Source of the DNA: Myxococcota bacterium
Lineage (GTDB): Bacteria > Myxococcota_C > UBA6777
Length of the DNA: 46,606 bases
Direction of reading: 5' to 3'
Assembly: GCA_023150835.1 (NCBI GenBank)
Contig: JAKLKB010000003.1
Span: 1-46,606 of the forward strand
Made by a program: the position numbers and the translations under genes. Below, piece by piece: positions 46,543-46,606 of the stretch (position 1 is its first letter; each line of letters starts with the position of its first letter). Under the pieces are notes generated by a model. It worked only from the letters and a program-made list of their open reading frames with translations. It did not search any database and was not told the origin of the DNA.

Positions 46543-46606
46543 TAACGTCTACTCACGATATCACCGATACCACCGCCCGCAAACGCGAAAAACCTCCCGC
46601 CGGTTG

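Noticed and set aside
1-46606. tRNA, rRNA, transposase or prophage structural genes
   Set aside because: None recognisable by eye; tRNAscan/Infernal/HMM searches would be needed to exclude them formally

Overview
A 46.6-kb bacterial segment that looks like Myxococcota or a related deltaproteobacterium (MYXO-CTERM surface protein, Cys-rich lipoproteins, ECF sigma/FecR pair, Ser/Thr kinase). The left ~14.6 kb is a mobile/defence-like island. It holds a SLOG (DUF2493) gene behind a nested hairpin with Frpo-like single-strand-promoter geometry, three copies of a structured repeat, BrnT/BrnA, a truncated ParD, a MoxR AAA + metallopeptidase-vWA pair, a PtuA/PtuB (Septu/retron-effector type) pair with no RT in the window, a kinase-HEAT protein and an RNase Z-like gene. 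The middle holds PlsC, a DUF2157/DUF4401/GDYXXLXY operon, an M16C protease and the most striking locus: a eukaryote-like WGR/regulatory/catalytic PARP (H-Y-E triad, PARP4-like signature) co-oriented with a macrodomain gene, i.e. a candidate ADP-ribosylation writer/eraser pair. It is followed by a tandem array of Zn-ribbon membrane-protein paralogues and a beta-CASP ribonuclease with duplicated, possibly KH-like C-terminal modules. The right part encodes a glycosyltransferase, an NCS2 permease, lipoproteins, sigma/anti-sigma and a large vWA Cys-rich surface protein. Intergenic regions are filled by at least two MITE families, some carrying GTAG-type REPs. I saw no rRNA, tRNA, CRISPR array, transposase or RT. 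All family calls come from motif recognition by eye, not from database searches.
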